Assembly: GCA_964646505.1 (NCBI GenBank)
Contig: CAZYEQ010000001.1
Span: 1,713 to 45,064 of the forward strand
Length of the DNA: 43,352 nt
Source: an uncultured Gammaproteobacteria bacterium
GTDB lineage: Bacteria; Patescibacteriota; Patescibacteriia; Magasanikbacterales; UBA922
Reading direction: 5' to 3'
Position numbers and translations under genes: made by a program. A model generated the notes under the pieces. It was not told where the DNA came from and searched no databases. It saw only the letters and a list, made by a program, of their open reading frames with translations. Numbering within the stretch: the stretch's first letter is position 1; every line of letters begins with the position of its first letter. This document shows positions 18,630-26,049 of the stretch, one piece after another.

Positions 18630-19835
18630 CTATTGAACGATACGCGCGTTTCCATCAAGCTCTACCTGAGCAGCTGCGTTTCGCGCATCCACCTTGCGTT
18701 CAAGCTCGCGGGCGCGCTGTAAGGCACGTACTGGTAATATATTTGATTCTTTTCTCTCTTCAGGACGTGCGTTTACTGATTCAGCTGGGCGTCCTTCTGG
18801 CGGTTTTTCCATACGTTTTTCCATACGATCCTCTACCCGATCTTCCATCTTTTTTTCCATCATTTTCCCTTGAGCTCGATCGATCATTTGAAGGGTACGA
18901 TTGGCCGTCGTGTTACCATTTTTTGCTGCTTCCTTCAAACTCTCTTTCGCGTCTTTGTATTCTTCTCTTAAGCCCTCAAGAGTCGCTTTTCTCTCATGTT
19001 GCAAATCTTGCAATTCCGCCTTTGCTGCTTCGTCACCATTTTGTACTTTTTCCAGTAAATCACGGCGTTCGTCACGGAACTCTTTGGTTGCCCCAGCTTG
19101 AGCTTTCACACGCTCCTCAACTGTCTTTAAGTGCTCTTTTACAGCTTCAGGCATATTTGGATTTTGAATCGCACGCATGATACCTTGACTCTTTTCTTCA
19201 ATCATTGCGCGACGAGCTTCGAACGACTCTTTTGCGCTCTCAGGAAGCTTCGCTTCGATTCTGTCGAGGACCACGCCCAAGCGAACCTGACTGTCCGCGA
19301 TATTGCGTAGCGCCGCGGCCGCACGTACTCCGGGCGCGCTCTTGAGTGCGTCTTCCCTTTTTTCAGCATTACCAAGTAATGTTTGCGCGCGGTCAATCAA
19401 CGCCGCAGCGCGTGCTTTAACACTGTCATTTGCGCTCGACGCTAATATTTTTTCCGCAATTGCAATTCTCTGTTCAGCAAATACGGCTTCTTTTTCTGCC
19501 TTCTTTACAGGGTCAATCGTAGTGAGAAGCGAAAGACGTTCACGAAGACCAAAAAGAAATAGCCCGAACCTGTTTGGTGGTTTTTGGTTGACCTGCGTAT
19601 TGGCTGATGCTGTTTCAGCGGGTGCGACAGTGTCTTCGTTTACGGTAGATGTATCGGCTGACACAACAACTGTTTCGTCTGTCACCGCGGTTCCCTCGAC
19701 CTGAACAGGCTCCGTAACCACTTCAGTGGCCACCGTAACGCCAGTATCACTCGTTACCTCTACCGTTTGCGCGAATACAGGCGCGCTCAGCAGGGCACCG
19801 AGCATAAGTGACATGGTCACAACATGTTTCATCAT
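18630..19835 (-). CDS. secreted or anchored coiled-coil protein (possibly DUF5667-like), hypothetical
   Basis: Signal-like MMKHVVTMSLMLGALLSAPVFAQ, then a T/V/E-rich spacer, then long Ala/Glu/Lys/Arg helical segments. The family name is from memory only. Confidence 0.65.
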   Translation of the reverse strand: MMKHVVTMSLMLGALLSAPVFAQTVEVTSDTGVTVATEVVTEPVQVEGTAVTDETVVVSADTSTVNEDTVAPAETASANTQVNQKPPNRFGLFLFGLRERLSLLTTIDPVKKAEKEAVFAEQRIAIAEKILASSANDSVKARAAALIDRAQTLLGNAEKREDALKSAPGVRAAAALRNIADSQVRLGVVLDRIEAKLPESAKESFEARRAMIEEKSQGIMRAIQNPNMPEAVKEHLKTVEERVKAQAGATKEFRDERRDLLEKVQNGDEAAKAELQDLQHERKATLEGLREEYKDAKESLKEAAKNGNTTANRTLQMIDRAQGKMMEKKMEDRVEDRMEKRMEKPPEGRPAESVNARPEERKESNILPVRALQRARELERKVDARNAAAQVELDGNARIVQ

Positions 19836-19893
19836 AAAAAATGACATTAATATAGATAAAACGAGTATACACCCTATTGTTTTATACAACAAG

Positions 19894-19918
19894 AAAAGCG
19901 ACCGGTAGGTCGCTTTTT
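19894..19918 (-). terminator. hairpin terminator (usable on either strand)
   Basis: AGCGACC-ggta-GGTCGCT flanked by A and T runs, between micro-ORF 19936-20034 and the next minus-strand gene. Confidence 0.5.
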
Positions 19919-19935
19919 ATCTAAAAAAATGTATC

Positions 19936-20034
19936 TTACAAGACCGAACAGAATGCCCCAAGTGAAACGAAGAGAGCTGTTAAGGCCATGAACATGTTAT
20001 CGTTTACAGGAAGAGTACCAATATATTTTTCCAT
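19936..20034 (-). CDS. candidate 32-aa hydrophobic micro-protein
   Basis: My translation is MEKYIGTLPVNDNMFMALTALFVSLGAFCSVL. A terminator follows, but there is no SD and the ORF is too short to score. Confidence 0.2.
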   Translation of the reverse strand: MEKYIGTLPVNDNMFMALTALFVSLGAFCSVL

Positions 20035-20266
20035 ATGTATGTGTGTGTTAATGAATAATAAATAAATGTGACGAAGGTGAACCTAACCGCGTACGCCACC
20101 TTCACGAAGAAAAGAATTGAAGATGACTTTATACTATCCTACGCGATCTTTCATTTTTACCCTATTTTTTAAAAGAACAATTTCCTCCTTTGTATACTTT
20201 TTTTATTTATGTCATTTTGGGGTGTACACCATAGGCAGATAGGTTATATTAAAGAAAAATTTGGCA

Positions 20267-20293
20267 CAACAAAAACCGGCTTAGGAACCGGTT
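20267..20293 (-). terminator. weak hairpin terminator overlapping the micro-ORF stop
   Basis: On the minus strand, AACCGG-uuccuaag-CCGGUU followed by UUUGUUG. Confidence 0.35.
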
Positions 20294-20409
20294 GCGATAC
20301 GAGGGAGGGCAAAAAACACTGTTACAAGTAACGCGACACCAAACCCTACGTAATAATACACGAGTGAGGCGCTCGCTTCTTCTTTTGACCATGAAAAAGA
20401 ACCTGACAT
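20281..20409 (-). CDS. candidate 42-aa single-TM micro-protein
   Basis: My translation is MSGSFSWSKEEASASLVYYYVGFGVALLVTVFFALPRIATGS. It lies downstream of the promoter at 20576-20604 and has a terminator at its stop. Confidence 0.3.
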   Translation of the reverse strand: MSGSFSWSKEEASASLVYYYVGFGVALLVTVFFALPRIATGS

Positions 20410-20575
20410 TTTTTTGCCTTGCATATGTTTGTGTGTTTATGTTTGTTTGAATAAGGCGCGCTCCGCTGTTTTACCTTGTCTTCTTTTTCTTCAAAGAAGA
20501 CATGAGTGAAAAGCCGAATGCTGTTTGTTTGCGAACCTAATATTTTTTTCTTTATTTTTTGATCATTATGAATAT

Positions 20576-20604
20576 AATATAGCACATTTTTGACCATTTG
20601 TCAA
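20576..20604 (-). promoter_or_regulatory. near-consensus promoter (TTGACA-N17-TATATT with TGn) firing leftwards
   Basis: Minus-strand read is TTGACAaatggtcaaaaatgtgcTATATT. It physically overlaps the xerC/D-like promoter on the other strand. Confidence 0.45.
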
Positions 20605-20618
20605 GTATGTCGTACAAT
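20590..20618 (+). promoter_or_regulatory. promoter for the xerC/D-like gene (TTGACC-N17-TACAAT), 7 nt from the ATG
   Basis: TTGACCatttgtcaagtatgtcgTACAATattttatATG. This spacing implies a leaderless transcript. Confidence 0.5.
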
Positions 20619-20625
20619 ATTTTAT

Positions 20626-21627
20626 ATGCAATTAGACACATATCGCACACAATTTTTAGAATATTTAGAAATTGAACGCAACCGCAGCGACAAAACGTTG
20701 CGTAATTATGATTTTTATTTAAAACGCTTTATCGAGTGGCTCGGCAATGCCTCACCCACCGCGATTACAGCCGAAAAAGTACGGCAGTACCGCTTGTGGC
20801 TCAATCGCTTGGTCGATGTGCACGGCGAACCCCTCAAAAAAAACACGCAAAACTACCATTTAATTGCCTTGCGCACGTTTTTAAAATATTTAGCAAAACG
20901 TGATATTAAAAGTTTATCGCCTGACAAAATTGAACTCATGAAAATGCCCGATCGCGAGGTGTCGTTTCTCGAAGGCACAGATTTACACCGCATTCTCGAA
21001 GCTCCGTTTACGGTACATACGTACAAAGCTCATGCCAACCCGCCATCAGACCCGAGTAAAGTAGCTGATGGTGAGCGCATCGCGTTTCGCGACAAGGCCA
21101 TGCTTGAATTGTTTTTTTCGACCGGACTACGTGTATCTGAACTCGCCAATTTGAAACGCGAACAAATTAATTTAAATAAAGAAGAGTGTACAGTGACCGG
21201 TAAGGGCGGAAAAACTCGGGTTGTTTTTTTGTCTGACCAAGCTCGCTACTGGTTAAAACAATACCTGGCGCGGCGCATGGACCCTAACCCGTATATGTTT
21301 GTTTCTCTTGATGGGCGTCGAAAGCACACCGTCATTGTGAAAGGGAAAAAAATTGAAAAAGAAGATGCGCCCCTTACGCCTCGCTCAATTGAACGACTCG
21401 TGCAAACCTATGCCAAAGCGGCTGGAATTACAAAACGGGTGACACCACACACCTTGCGCCACTCCTACGCCACGGATTTGCTCCAAAACGGGGCTGATAT
21501 ACGCAGTGTCCAAAGCATGCTTGGCCATTCGTCAATTCTTACCACGCAAATTTATACCCATATTACTGATAAAGAGTTACGAAACATTCATAAAAAATTT
21601 CATGGAAAGAAACGGTCAGACGATTGA
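20626..21627 (+). CDS. tyrosine site-specific recombinase, XerC/XerD-like
   Basis: The N-terminal SAM-like domain (FLEYLEIERNRSDKTLRNYDFYLKRF) is followed by the catalytic HTLRHSYATDLL and LGHSSILTTQIYTH. I used ATG 20626; the track start 20590 is a TTG inside the promoter. Confidence 0.9.
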   Translation: MQLDTYRTQFLEYLEIERNRSDKTLRNYDFYLKRFIEWLGNASPTAITAEKVRQYRLWLNRLVDVHGEPLKKNTQNYHLIALRTFLKYLAKRDIKSLSPDKIELMKMPDREVSFLEGTDLHRILEAPFTVHTYKAHANPPSDPSKVADGERIAFRDKAMLELFFSTGLRVSELANLKREQINLNKEECTVTGKGGKTRVVFLSDQARYWLKQYLARRMDPNPYMFVSLDGRRKHTVIVKGKKIEKEDAPLTPRSIERLVQTYAKAAGITKRVTPHTLRHSYATDLLQNGADIRSVQSMLGHSSILTTQIYTHITDKELRNIHKKFHGKKRSDD

Positions 21628-21669
21628 CGAAAGAGATTTTTTGTGATAATTTAAGCAAAAATTATATAG

Positions 21670-21741
21670 GTCCTTGTAGTTCAATGGATAGAACGAGAGC
21701 CTTCTAAGCTCTAGATCTAAGTTCGATTCTTAGCAGGGACA
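21670..21741 (+). tRNA. tRNA-Arg (anticodon UCU), CCA not encoded
   Basis: Manual cloverleaf. Acceptor GTCCTTG/CAGGGAC, D arm GTTC-AATGGATA-GAAC, anticodon arm AGAGC-CTTCTAA-GCTCT, T arm CTAAG-TTCGATT-CTTAG, discriminator A. Confidence 0.9.
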
Positions 21742-21866
21742 CAAGTCACATACTCTTGTAGAAACATATGTGAGCTCTGACCAGTCAAATACCATCATTT
21801 TTGCGGTACCACTTGAGATCCTTCGTGCTTTTGAACGTATAGGGAAACAGGAATAGCCCGAAACGA

Positions 21867-21895
21867 TTGACAAAAGACAAAAAAAACGATATGCT
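21867..21895 (+). promoter_or_regulatory. promoter for tRNA-His (TTGACA-N17-TATGCT)
   Basis: TTGACAaaagacaaaaaaaacgaTATGCT, 24 nt upstream of the tRNA. Confidence 0.5.
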
Positions 21896-21919
21896 AGTGG
21901 CGCATTTTCCCTCTAGCGG

Positions 21920-21994
21920 GGTGGCCATGGTGTAGTGGTAGCACAGGAGATTGTGGCTCTCCTAGTACGGGTTCAATCCCCGTTGGTCACCCCA
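21920..21994 (+). tRNA. tRNA-His (anticodon GUG) with encoded G-1 and encoded CCA
   Basis: G-1 plus acceptor GTGGCCA/TGGTCAC, anticodon arm GGAGA-TTGTGGC-TCTCC, T arm ACGGG-TTCAATC-CCCGT, discriminator C, then CCA. Confidence 0.92.
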
Positions 21995-22010
21995 GTGGAG
22001 GGAAAACGAG

Positions 22011-22037
22011 AAAAAACACCGTTTTGCGGTGTTTTTT
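22011..22037 (+). terminator. rho-independent terminator after tRNA-His
   Basis: AAAAAACACCG-tttt-gCGGTGTTTTTT. Confidence 0.7.
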
Positions 22038-22051
22038 CTTTATGCTACTTG

Positions 22052-22060
22052 TGCTACAAT
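22052..22060 (+). promoter_or_regulatory. extended -10 element (TGcTACAAT) 11 nt before the glycosyltransferase ATG
   Basis: cttgTGCTACAATggcataaatatATG. There is no good -35 box and no SD. Confidence 0.35.
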
Positions 22061-22071
22061 GGCATAAATAT

Positions 22072-23199
22072 ATGATACATAAGCCAAAAAAAATTCTATG
22101 CGTGTCGGTTTCTGCTGGTTCAGGCCATGTGCGTGCTGCTGAGGCGCTTGTACAAGAGTGTAGAGATCAGGGCATTGAGGCCGAACACATCGACATGATG
22201 GACTATGTCCCAGGTCCGTATAAAGCAGCCATAGTACGAACATATTCTATTTTATTAAAGCAGGCGCCCAGCATGTGGGGCCTCTTATATGAGGGCACGA
22301 ATGCCCTATCAAGCAATTCGAGAATTGCAAAACTTTCAGAAAAACTAGCAGACATGAATGTCTCGCGATTTTTACAAAAAATAAAAGATATTGCTCCGAC
22401 CGATATTATTAGCACACACCTCCTCCCGGCAAAAATTATTGGCATGCATCGAACCGAACTTCACATTGAAACACCGGTTCATCTTGTGGTGACCGACTAT
22501 GACACGCATTCTTTTATTATTTCCCCCCATATCGACCACTACTTTGTAGCGACAAAAAAAATGAAATTAAAACTTATTGAGGCCGGTGTACCTGAAACAC
22601 ATGTATCACTTTCTGGTATTCCCATTGATAAAAAATTCTTTGCCCCATATTCGACAAAAGAACTCAAAAGAAAAGAGGGGTATAGTGAGAGTGACCCGCT
22701 ATTTCTTTTTTTAAGCGGGGGCGAGGGTTTAATTAACCCTACACGGGCAGTACAATCTCTTTTTCGATTACCCTACAAGGCTACTATTATTGCGATTGCT
22801 GGAAAAAACAAAGAGTTAGAACACGAATTACGTAGCCTTACGCCCCCAGAGCATATCAGGTACGAAAGCATTGGGTGGACCAATGAAATTGAAATATACA
22901 TGAGAATGGCTCAGGTCATCATCTCAAAACCCGGAGGGCTTACCACTACCGAATGCATTGTGCTCAAAAAACCGCTTATCGCTATTCAACCGATTCCTGG
23001 ACAAGAAGAAAAAAACACAGAGTTTATTCTCGAAATGGGGTATGGTGTGGTGGCACGATCTCTTTCGGATCTTATGTACTACTTGTCTGAAAAAAAAGAT
23101 ACGCTTGGTTGGGGATATGAAAAAGAAAAAAAGAATCCATTACAGAATGGAGCCAAACGTATTATTGAATCAGTACTTTCCTCTGAGCATTCCCATTAA
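22072..23199 (+). CDS. glycosyltransferase, MGDG-synthase/UgtP-like (GT28-type diacylglycerol glycosyltransferase)
   Basis: The N-terminus KILCVSVSAGSGHVRAAEAL and the C-terminal ISKPGGLTTTECIVLKKPLI...PGQEEKN match the MGDG_synth + Glyco_tran_28_C layout. I prefer start 22072, because track start 22024 lies inside the terminator. Confidence 0.75.
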   Translation: MIHKPKKILCVSVSAGSGHVRAAEALVQECRDQGIEAEHIDMMDYVPGPYKAAIVRTYSILLKQAPSMWGLLYEGTNALSSNSRIAKLSEKLADMNVSRFLQKIKDIAPTDIISTHLLPAKIIGMHRTELHIETPVHLVVTDYDTHSFIISPHIDHYFVATKKMKLKLIEAGVPETHVSLSGIPIDKKFFAPYSTKELKRKEGYSESDPLFLFLSGGEGLINPTRAVQSLFRLPYKATIIAIAGKNKELEHELRSLTPPEHIRYESIGWTNEIEIYMRMAQVIISKPGGLTTTECIVLKKPLIAIQPIPGQEEKNTEFILEMGYGVVARSLSDLMYYLSEKKDTLGWGYEKEKKNPLQNGAKRIIESVLSSEHSH

Positions 23200-23687
23200 G
23201 GGAAGAGTTGGCCGCGGGTGGGGTCGGGAGGAGGAATAGGCATTGCGTAATTTTGATCAATGCTAAACCCCTGCTCAGGCTCAGTAGCTCCTGTACTATT
23301 GAGTACAATTGTTGAAATAAATGTTGTGATACCCAGCGCTGACAATACGACGATAATACCAATAGTTGCTGTACGCAAAGTACTTTTTCCTGTATCCACC
23401 TTATCTTCGTCTCCGGCAGCAGTTAAAATCATCATGCCACCATAAAAAGCATACGCCACGAAAAGAGTGCCAATAATACCGAGGGCCCCTTGAACGATAT
23501 TCGCCACAACTGAGCGTGCTTCAAACACCTGTGTACCCACCCCAACCCCCCTTGACCCAAGAAAGGCAGCGGTTTGATTATCAATATGGGCGGTGGCAGG
23601 ATTCTGCGCCAGAACGTGAGCACTGGCATAAAAAAAACCGAACAAACACAGGCTCGCTGTATATAAAAGGAATAATTTTTTTTTCAT
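23196..23687 (-). CDS. VirB2/TrbC-like two-helix pilin paralog P1
   Basis: Signal MKKKLFLLYTASLCLFGFFYASAHVLAQ. Core GALGIIGTLFVAYAFYGGMMILTAAGDEDKVDTGKSTLRTATIGIIVVL. Pro-rich C-terminal tail. Confidence 0.7.
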   Translation of the reverse strand: MKKKLFLLYTASLCLFGFFYASAHVLAQNPATAHIDNQTAAFLGSRGVGVGTQVFEARSVVANIVQGALGIIGTLFVAYAFYGGMMILTAAGDEDKVDTGKSTLRTATIGIIVVLSALGITTFISTIVLNSTGATEPEQGFSIDQNYAMPIPPPDPTRGQLFP

Positions 23688-23699
23688 AGCGTAACGATA

Positions 23700-24233
23700 T
23701 TACGGTAGCCAATAGCACTCTCCTCTACTATCCAACACTTCTGCGTTTACACAACTTTGTTCATCGGTATACCGCGCACATGCATTGGTATCAAGAACTC
23801 CGTTGTATCTTGGCAAACAATGAATAACACTTGTTTGAGGAAGTGTGCTTTTAATAATTGTACTTGAGACGACGTTCACAATAGCGTATGAAGCAATAAC
23901 AATAAAAAATCCAATAACAGCACGCTTTATCGTATACATGGCTTTTTCGTATTTTTCATCTTCACCCCGAGCGGTAATAAGCCAAAAGCCACTCATGAGA
24001 ATAAGGATAAAAAAAATTGTTGCGAGAAGGCCGAGGAATAACTGAATTGCTTCTGTCGCGTACACTTGTGGGCTTCCGACTTCCACACTATAACTCGCAC
24101 TTCTTGCCCCACCATTCACCTGCGCCATAATTCTTTCGGAAAGAGATTGCGCACGCGCAATCGTTGGTACCGCTAACATCAAAAAAATAAGACTAGAAGC
24201 TACGGTTATTTTTTTGATAGAAAAAAACACCAT
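23700..24233 (-). CDS. VirB2/TrbC-like pilin paralog P2 with 4-Cys C-terminal tail
   Basis: Signal ...AVPTIARAQ. Core ILMSGFWLITARGEDEKYEKAMYTIKRAVIGFFIVIASYAI. Tail HCLPRYNGVLDTNACARYTDEQSCVNAEVLDSRGECYWLP. ATG 24233 lies 1 nt after the P3 stop. Confidence 0.75.
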   Translation of the reverse strand: MVFFSIKKITVASSLIFLMLAVPTIARAQSLSERIMAQVNGGARSASYSVEVGSPQVYATEAIQLFLGLLATIFFILILMSGFWLITARGEDEKYEKAMYTIKRAVIGFFIVIASYAIVNVVSSTIIKSTLPQTSVIHCLPRYNGVLDTNACARYTDEQSCVNAEVLDSRGECYWLP

Positions 24234-24234
24234 A

Positions 24235-24621
24235 TTACCCGGTTGTGCGCGCAAGAATAAGGGGCACTACAAATGCTGTGATACTGTACGCCCCCATAGT
24301 GATGATAAATCCAATAATAGCCGTGCGAATAATGTCAGTCGCTCGATCAACCTGCCCCTCATCGCCTCGAGCGGTCATCCATAAATACCCCGCGTAAATC
24401 ATGAGGATAAGAAAGATAACCCCGACAAATGAAAGTGCTCCTTTTACTAGCGTCCCAAGTGTTTCTGAAAAACTCGTTTCTGTAACCTGCGCGTAACCAG
24501 CGCTTCCCGCGGCCCGACCCGCTAAATCAAGCCCCAGATTTTGCGCAAAAGCGGTTGGCACAATCCAAAAAGATCCGAGTACCGCAGCGAGCATTATTTT
24601 CTTTACAAAAGAATGAAGCAT
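24235..24621 (-). CDS. VirB2/TrbC-like pilin paralog P3
   Basis: Signal MLHSFVKKIMLAAVLGSFWIVPTAFAQ. Core ILMIYAGYLWMTARGDEGQVDRATDIIRTAIIGFIITMGAYSI. Confidence 0.8.
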   Translation of the reverse strand: MLHSFVKKIMLAAVLGSFWIVPTAFAQNLGLDLAGRAAGSAGYAQVTETSFSETLGTLVKGALSFVGVIFLILMIYAGYLWMTARGDEGQVDRATDIIRTAIIGFIITMGAYSITAFVVPLILARTTG

Positions 24622-24622
24622 A

Positions 24623-24991
24623 TTATTGGGTACCAAAACGATTGAGCACAAGGAAGGTTATCGCGTAGGCCGACATCACGACCACAAGTCCAATAATACA
24701 CGTTTTCACGATACCAAGTGCTTTTTCTACCTGCCCCTCATCGCCTCGAGCGGTCATCCATAAATATCCCGCGTATACCATGAGAATAAGAAAGATGATA
24801 CCCACGAGGGTAAGGGCGGTTCCGATGACATTACCTGTAACCGTAGGCAAATCTGCTTGAGAAAAACCAGCACGCGTACCCAAACCCTGCAACCGCGTAC
24901 CTGATGTCTGCAAACTATCTTGTGCGTACGCTGTTCCCGCGTGCGCCAAAGCCAACAGAGTTATTACATACACATAGGAAATCTTCTTCAT
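24623..24991 (-). CDS. VirB2/TrbC-like pilin paralog P4
   Basis: Signal MKKISYVYVITLLALAHAGTAYAQ. Core ILMVYAGYLWMTARGDEGQVEKALGIVKTCIIGLVVVMSAYAI. Confidence 0.8.
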   Translation of the reverse strand: MKKISYVYVITLLALAHAGTAYAQDSLQTSGTRLQGLGTRAGFSQADLPTVTGNVIGTALTLVGIIFLILMVYAGYLWMTARGDEGQVEKALGIVKTCIIGLVVVMSAYAITFLVLNRFGTQ

Positions 24992-25000
24992 AAAATCACA

Positions 25001-25393
25001 TTAACGGCCTGATACAAAATTAGTAATAAAGAGCGAAACAGCGTACGCTGCCACTATTACTATAACACCTGAGACAGCAGCTGTAAAAGTTGCTTTGGCG
25101 GTTACCGCCCGATCCTCGTTCCCTCGATCAAGCATCCACATAAATCCGGCATACACCATGAGACAAAAAAAGATAAAGCCGACCAAACCTAAACCCACTT
25201 GAATAACTTGGATAGCAACAAGTACTGCGTCTTTGTTTGAAGAAAGTCCGGTAGGTTTTTGCGTCTCATCCAAAAAAAGACGGGGGTTGTTGATAAAATT
25301 TCTATTCTCAGTCTGCGCAAGCAGTGGACCCGCAAAAAAGGTAGGGAGTAGAGAGAGTGAGAGAAAAAGAATATTGTAGAGATATTTTTTCAT
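25001..25393 (-). CDS. VirB2/TrbC-like pilin paralog P5
   Basis: Signal MKKYLYNILFLSLSLLPTFFAGPLLAQ. Core CLMVYAGFMWMLDRGNEDRAVTAKATFTAAVSGVIVIVAAYAV. Confidence 0.8.
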   Translation of the reverse strand: MKKYLYNILFLSLSLLPTFFAGPLLAQTENRNFINNPRLFLDETQKPTGLSSNKDAVLVAIQVIQVGLGLVGFIFFCLMVYAGFMWMLDRGNEDRAVTAKATFTAAVSGVIVIVAAYAVSLFITNFVSGR

Positions 25394-25397
25394 ACCA

Positions 25398-26048
25398 TTA
25401 CCGGCAAACACCACCTACTGCGCCTGACTGGTTTGGTATACTGATGTCTGCGCAACCCCACAAAAGACCGTTACTTGAATCACATATTGCCTGACAATCC
25501 TGAGAAGCGCTTGCTTCTGCCACCCATCTTCCAGCATTAACGTTACTATTCCCTCGATCTCGATATACACAACATCTCACCCCACCCGAAGCAGTACCCC
25601 CACCTGCACCAGGCACAGGTGGCATTGCGGGCATAGTTGCCGCAGGCGGACGAGAAGGATCCTGGAGCGCCAAACTTGTGAACAAGAAACTGGTAATGGT
25701 GTATGATGCCATAATGATGACCATACCAATAGCGCCTGCCGTAATTGTACCTATGGCACGACTTGTTTGATCCTCATTACCGCGCGCGGTCATCCACAAA
25801 AACCCACCGTAAAGCATGAGAATAAAAAAAATAATTCCAACAAATGAGAGCGCGGTTCCAATAATTGTTCCGATAAATGATTGAATGTCATTTGACTGCC
25901 CGAGTCCTTGGTTTAACTTAGCGGCACCGGCAGTAGCATTTAAGCCATATGTGAGGTCGCCTTGTGAAAACACCGGCTGAAACGCTAAGAAAGCGCTGAG
26001 GCTTAAAAAAGCGACAAATATCATCGTTTTTTTCATACGTAACTTCAT
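25398..26048 (-). CDS. VirB2/TrbC-like pilin paralog P6 with Pro-rich linker and 6-Cys C-terminal module
   Basis: Core ILMLYGGFLWMTARGNEDQTSRAIGTITAGAIGMVIIMASYTI. Tail ...PPAATMPAMPPVPGAGGG...RCCVYRDRG...DCQAICDSSNGLLWGCADIS...GVCR. Confidence 0.8.
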   Translation of the reverse strand: MKLRMKKTMIFVAFLSLSAFLAFQPVFSQGDLTYGLNATAGAAKLNQGLGQSNDIQSFIGTIIGTALSFVGIIFFILMLYGGFLWMTARGNEDQTSRAIGTITAGAIGMVIIMASYTITSFLFTSLALQDPSRPPAATMPAMPPVPGAGGGTASGGVRCCVYRDRGNSNVNAGRWVAEASASQDCQAICDSSNGLLWGCADISIPNQSGAVGGVCR

Positions 26049-26049
26049 A

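Noticed and set aside
20346-20597. The 83-aa minus-strand ORF in the A/T-rich gap.
   Set aside because: It is Lys-rich and low-complexity. It starts inside the interlocked promoter region and overlaps the better-supported 42-codon ORF in another frame.
21628-21669. A TTGTGA-N16-TATATA promoter for tRNA-Arg.
   Set aside because: The -10 box would end only 1-2 nt before the mature tRNA 5' end, which is too close for a normal start site. tRNA-Arg is more likely co-transcribed with the xerC/D-like gene.
23676-23684. T9 (coding-strand A9) tract in codons 2-4 of P1 as a phase-variation switch.
   Set aside because: It simply encodes the Lys-Lys-Lys n-region of a signal peptide. Nine bases is at the low end for slippage, and I cannot see population variation from one sequence. 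I noted it but do not claim it.
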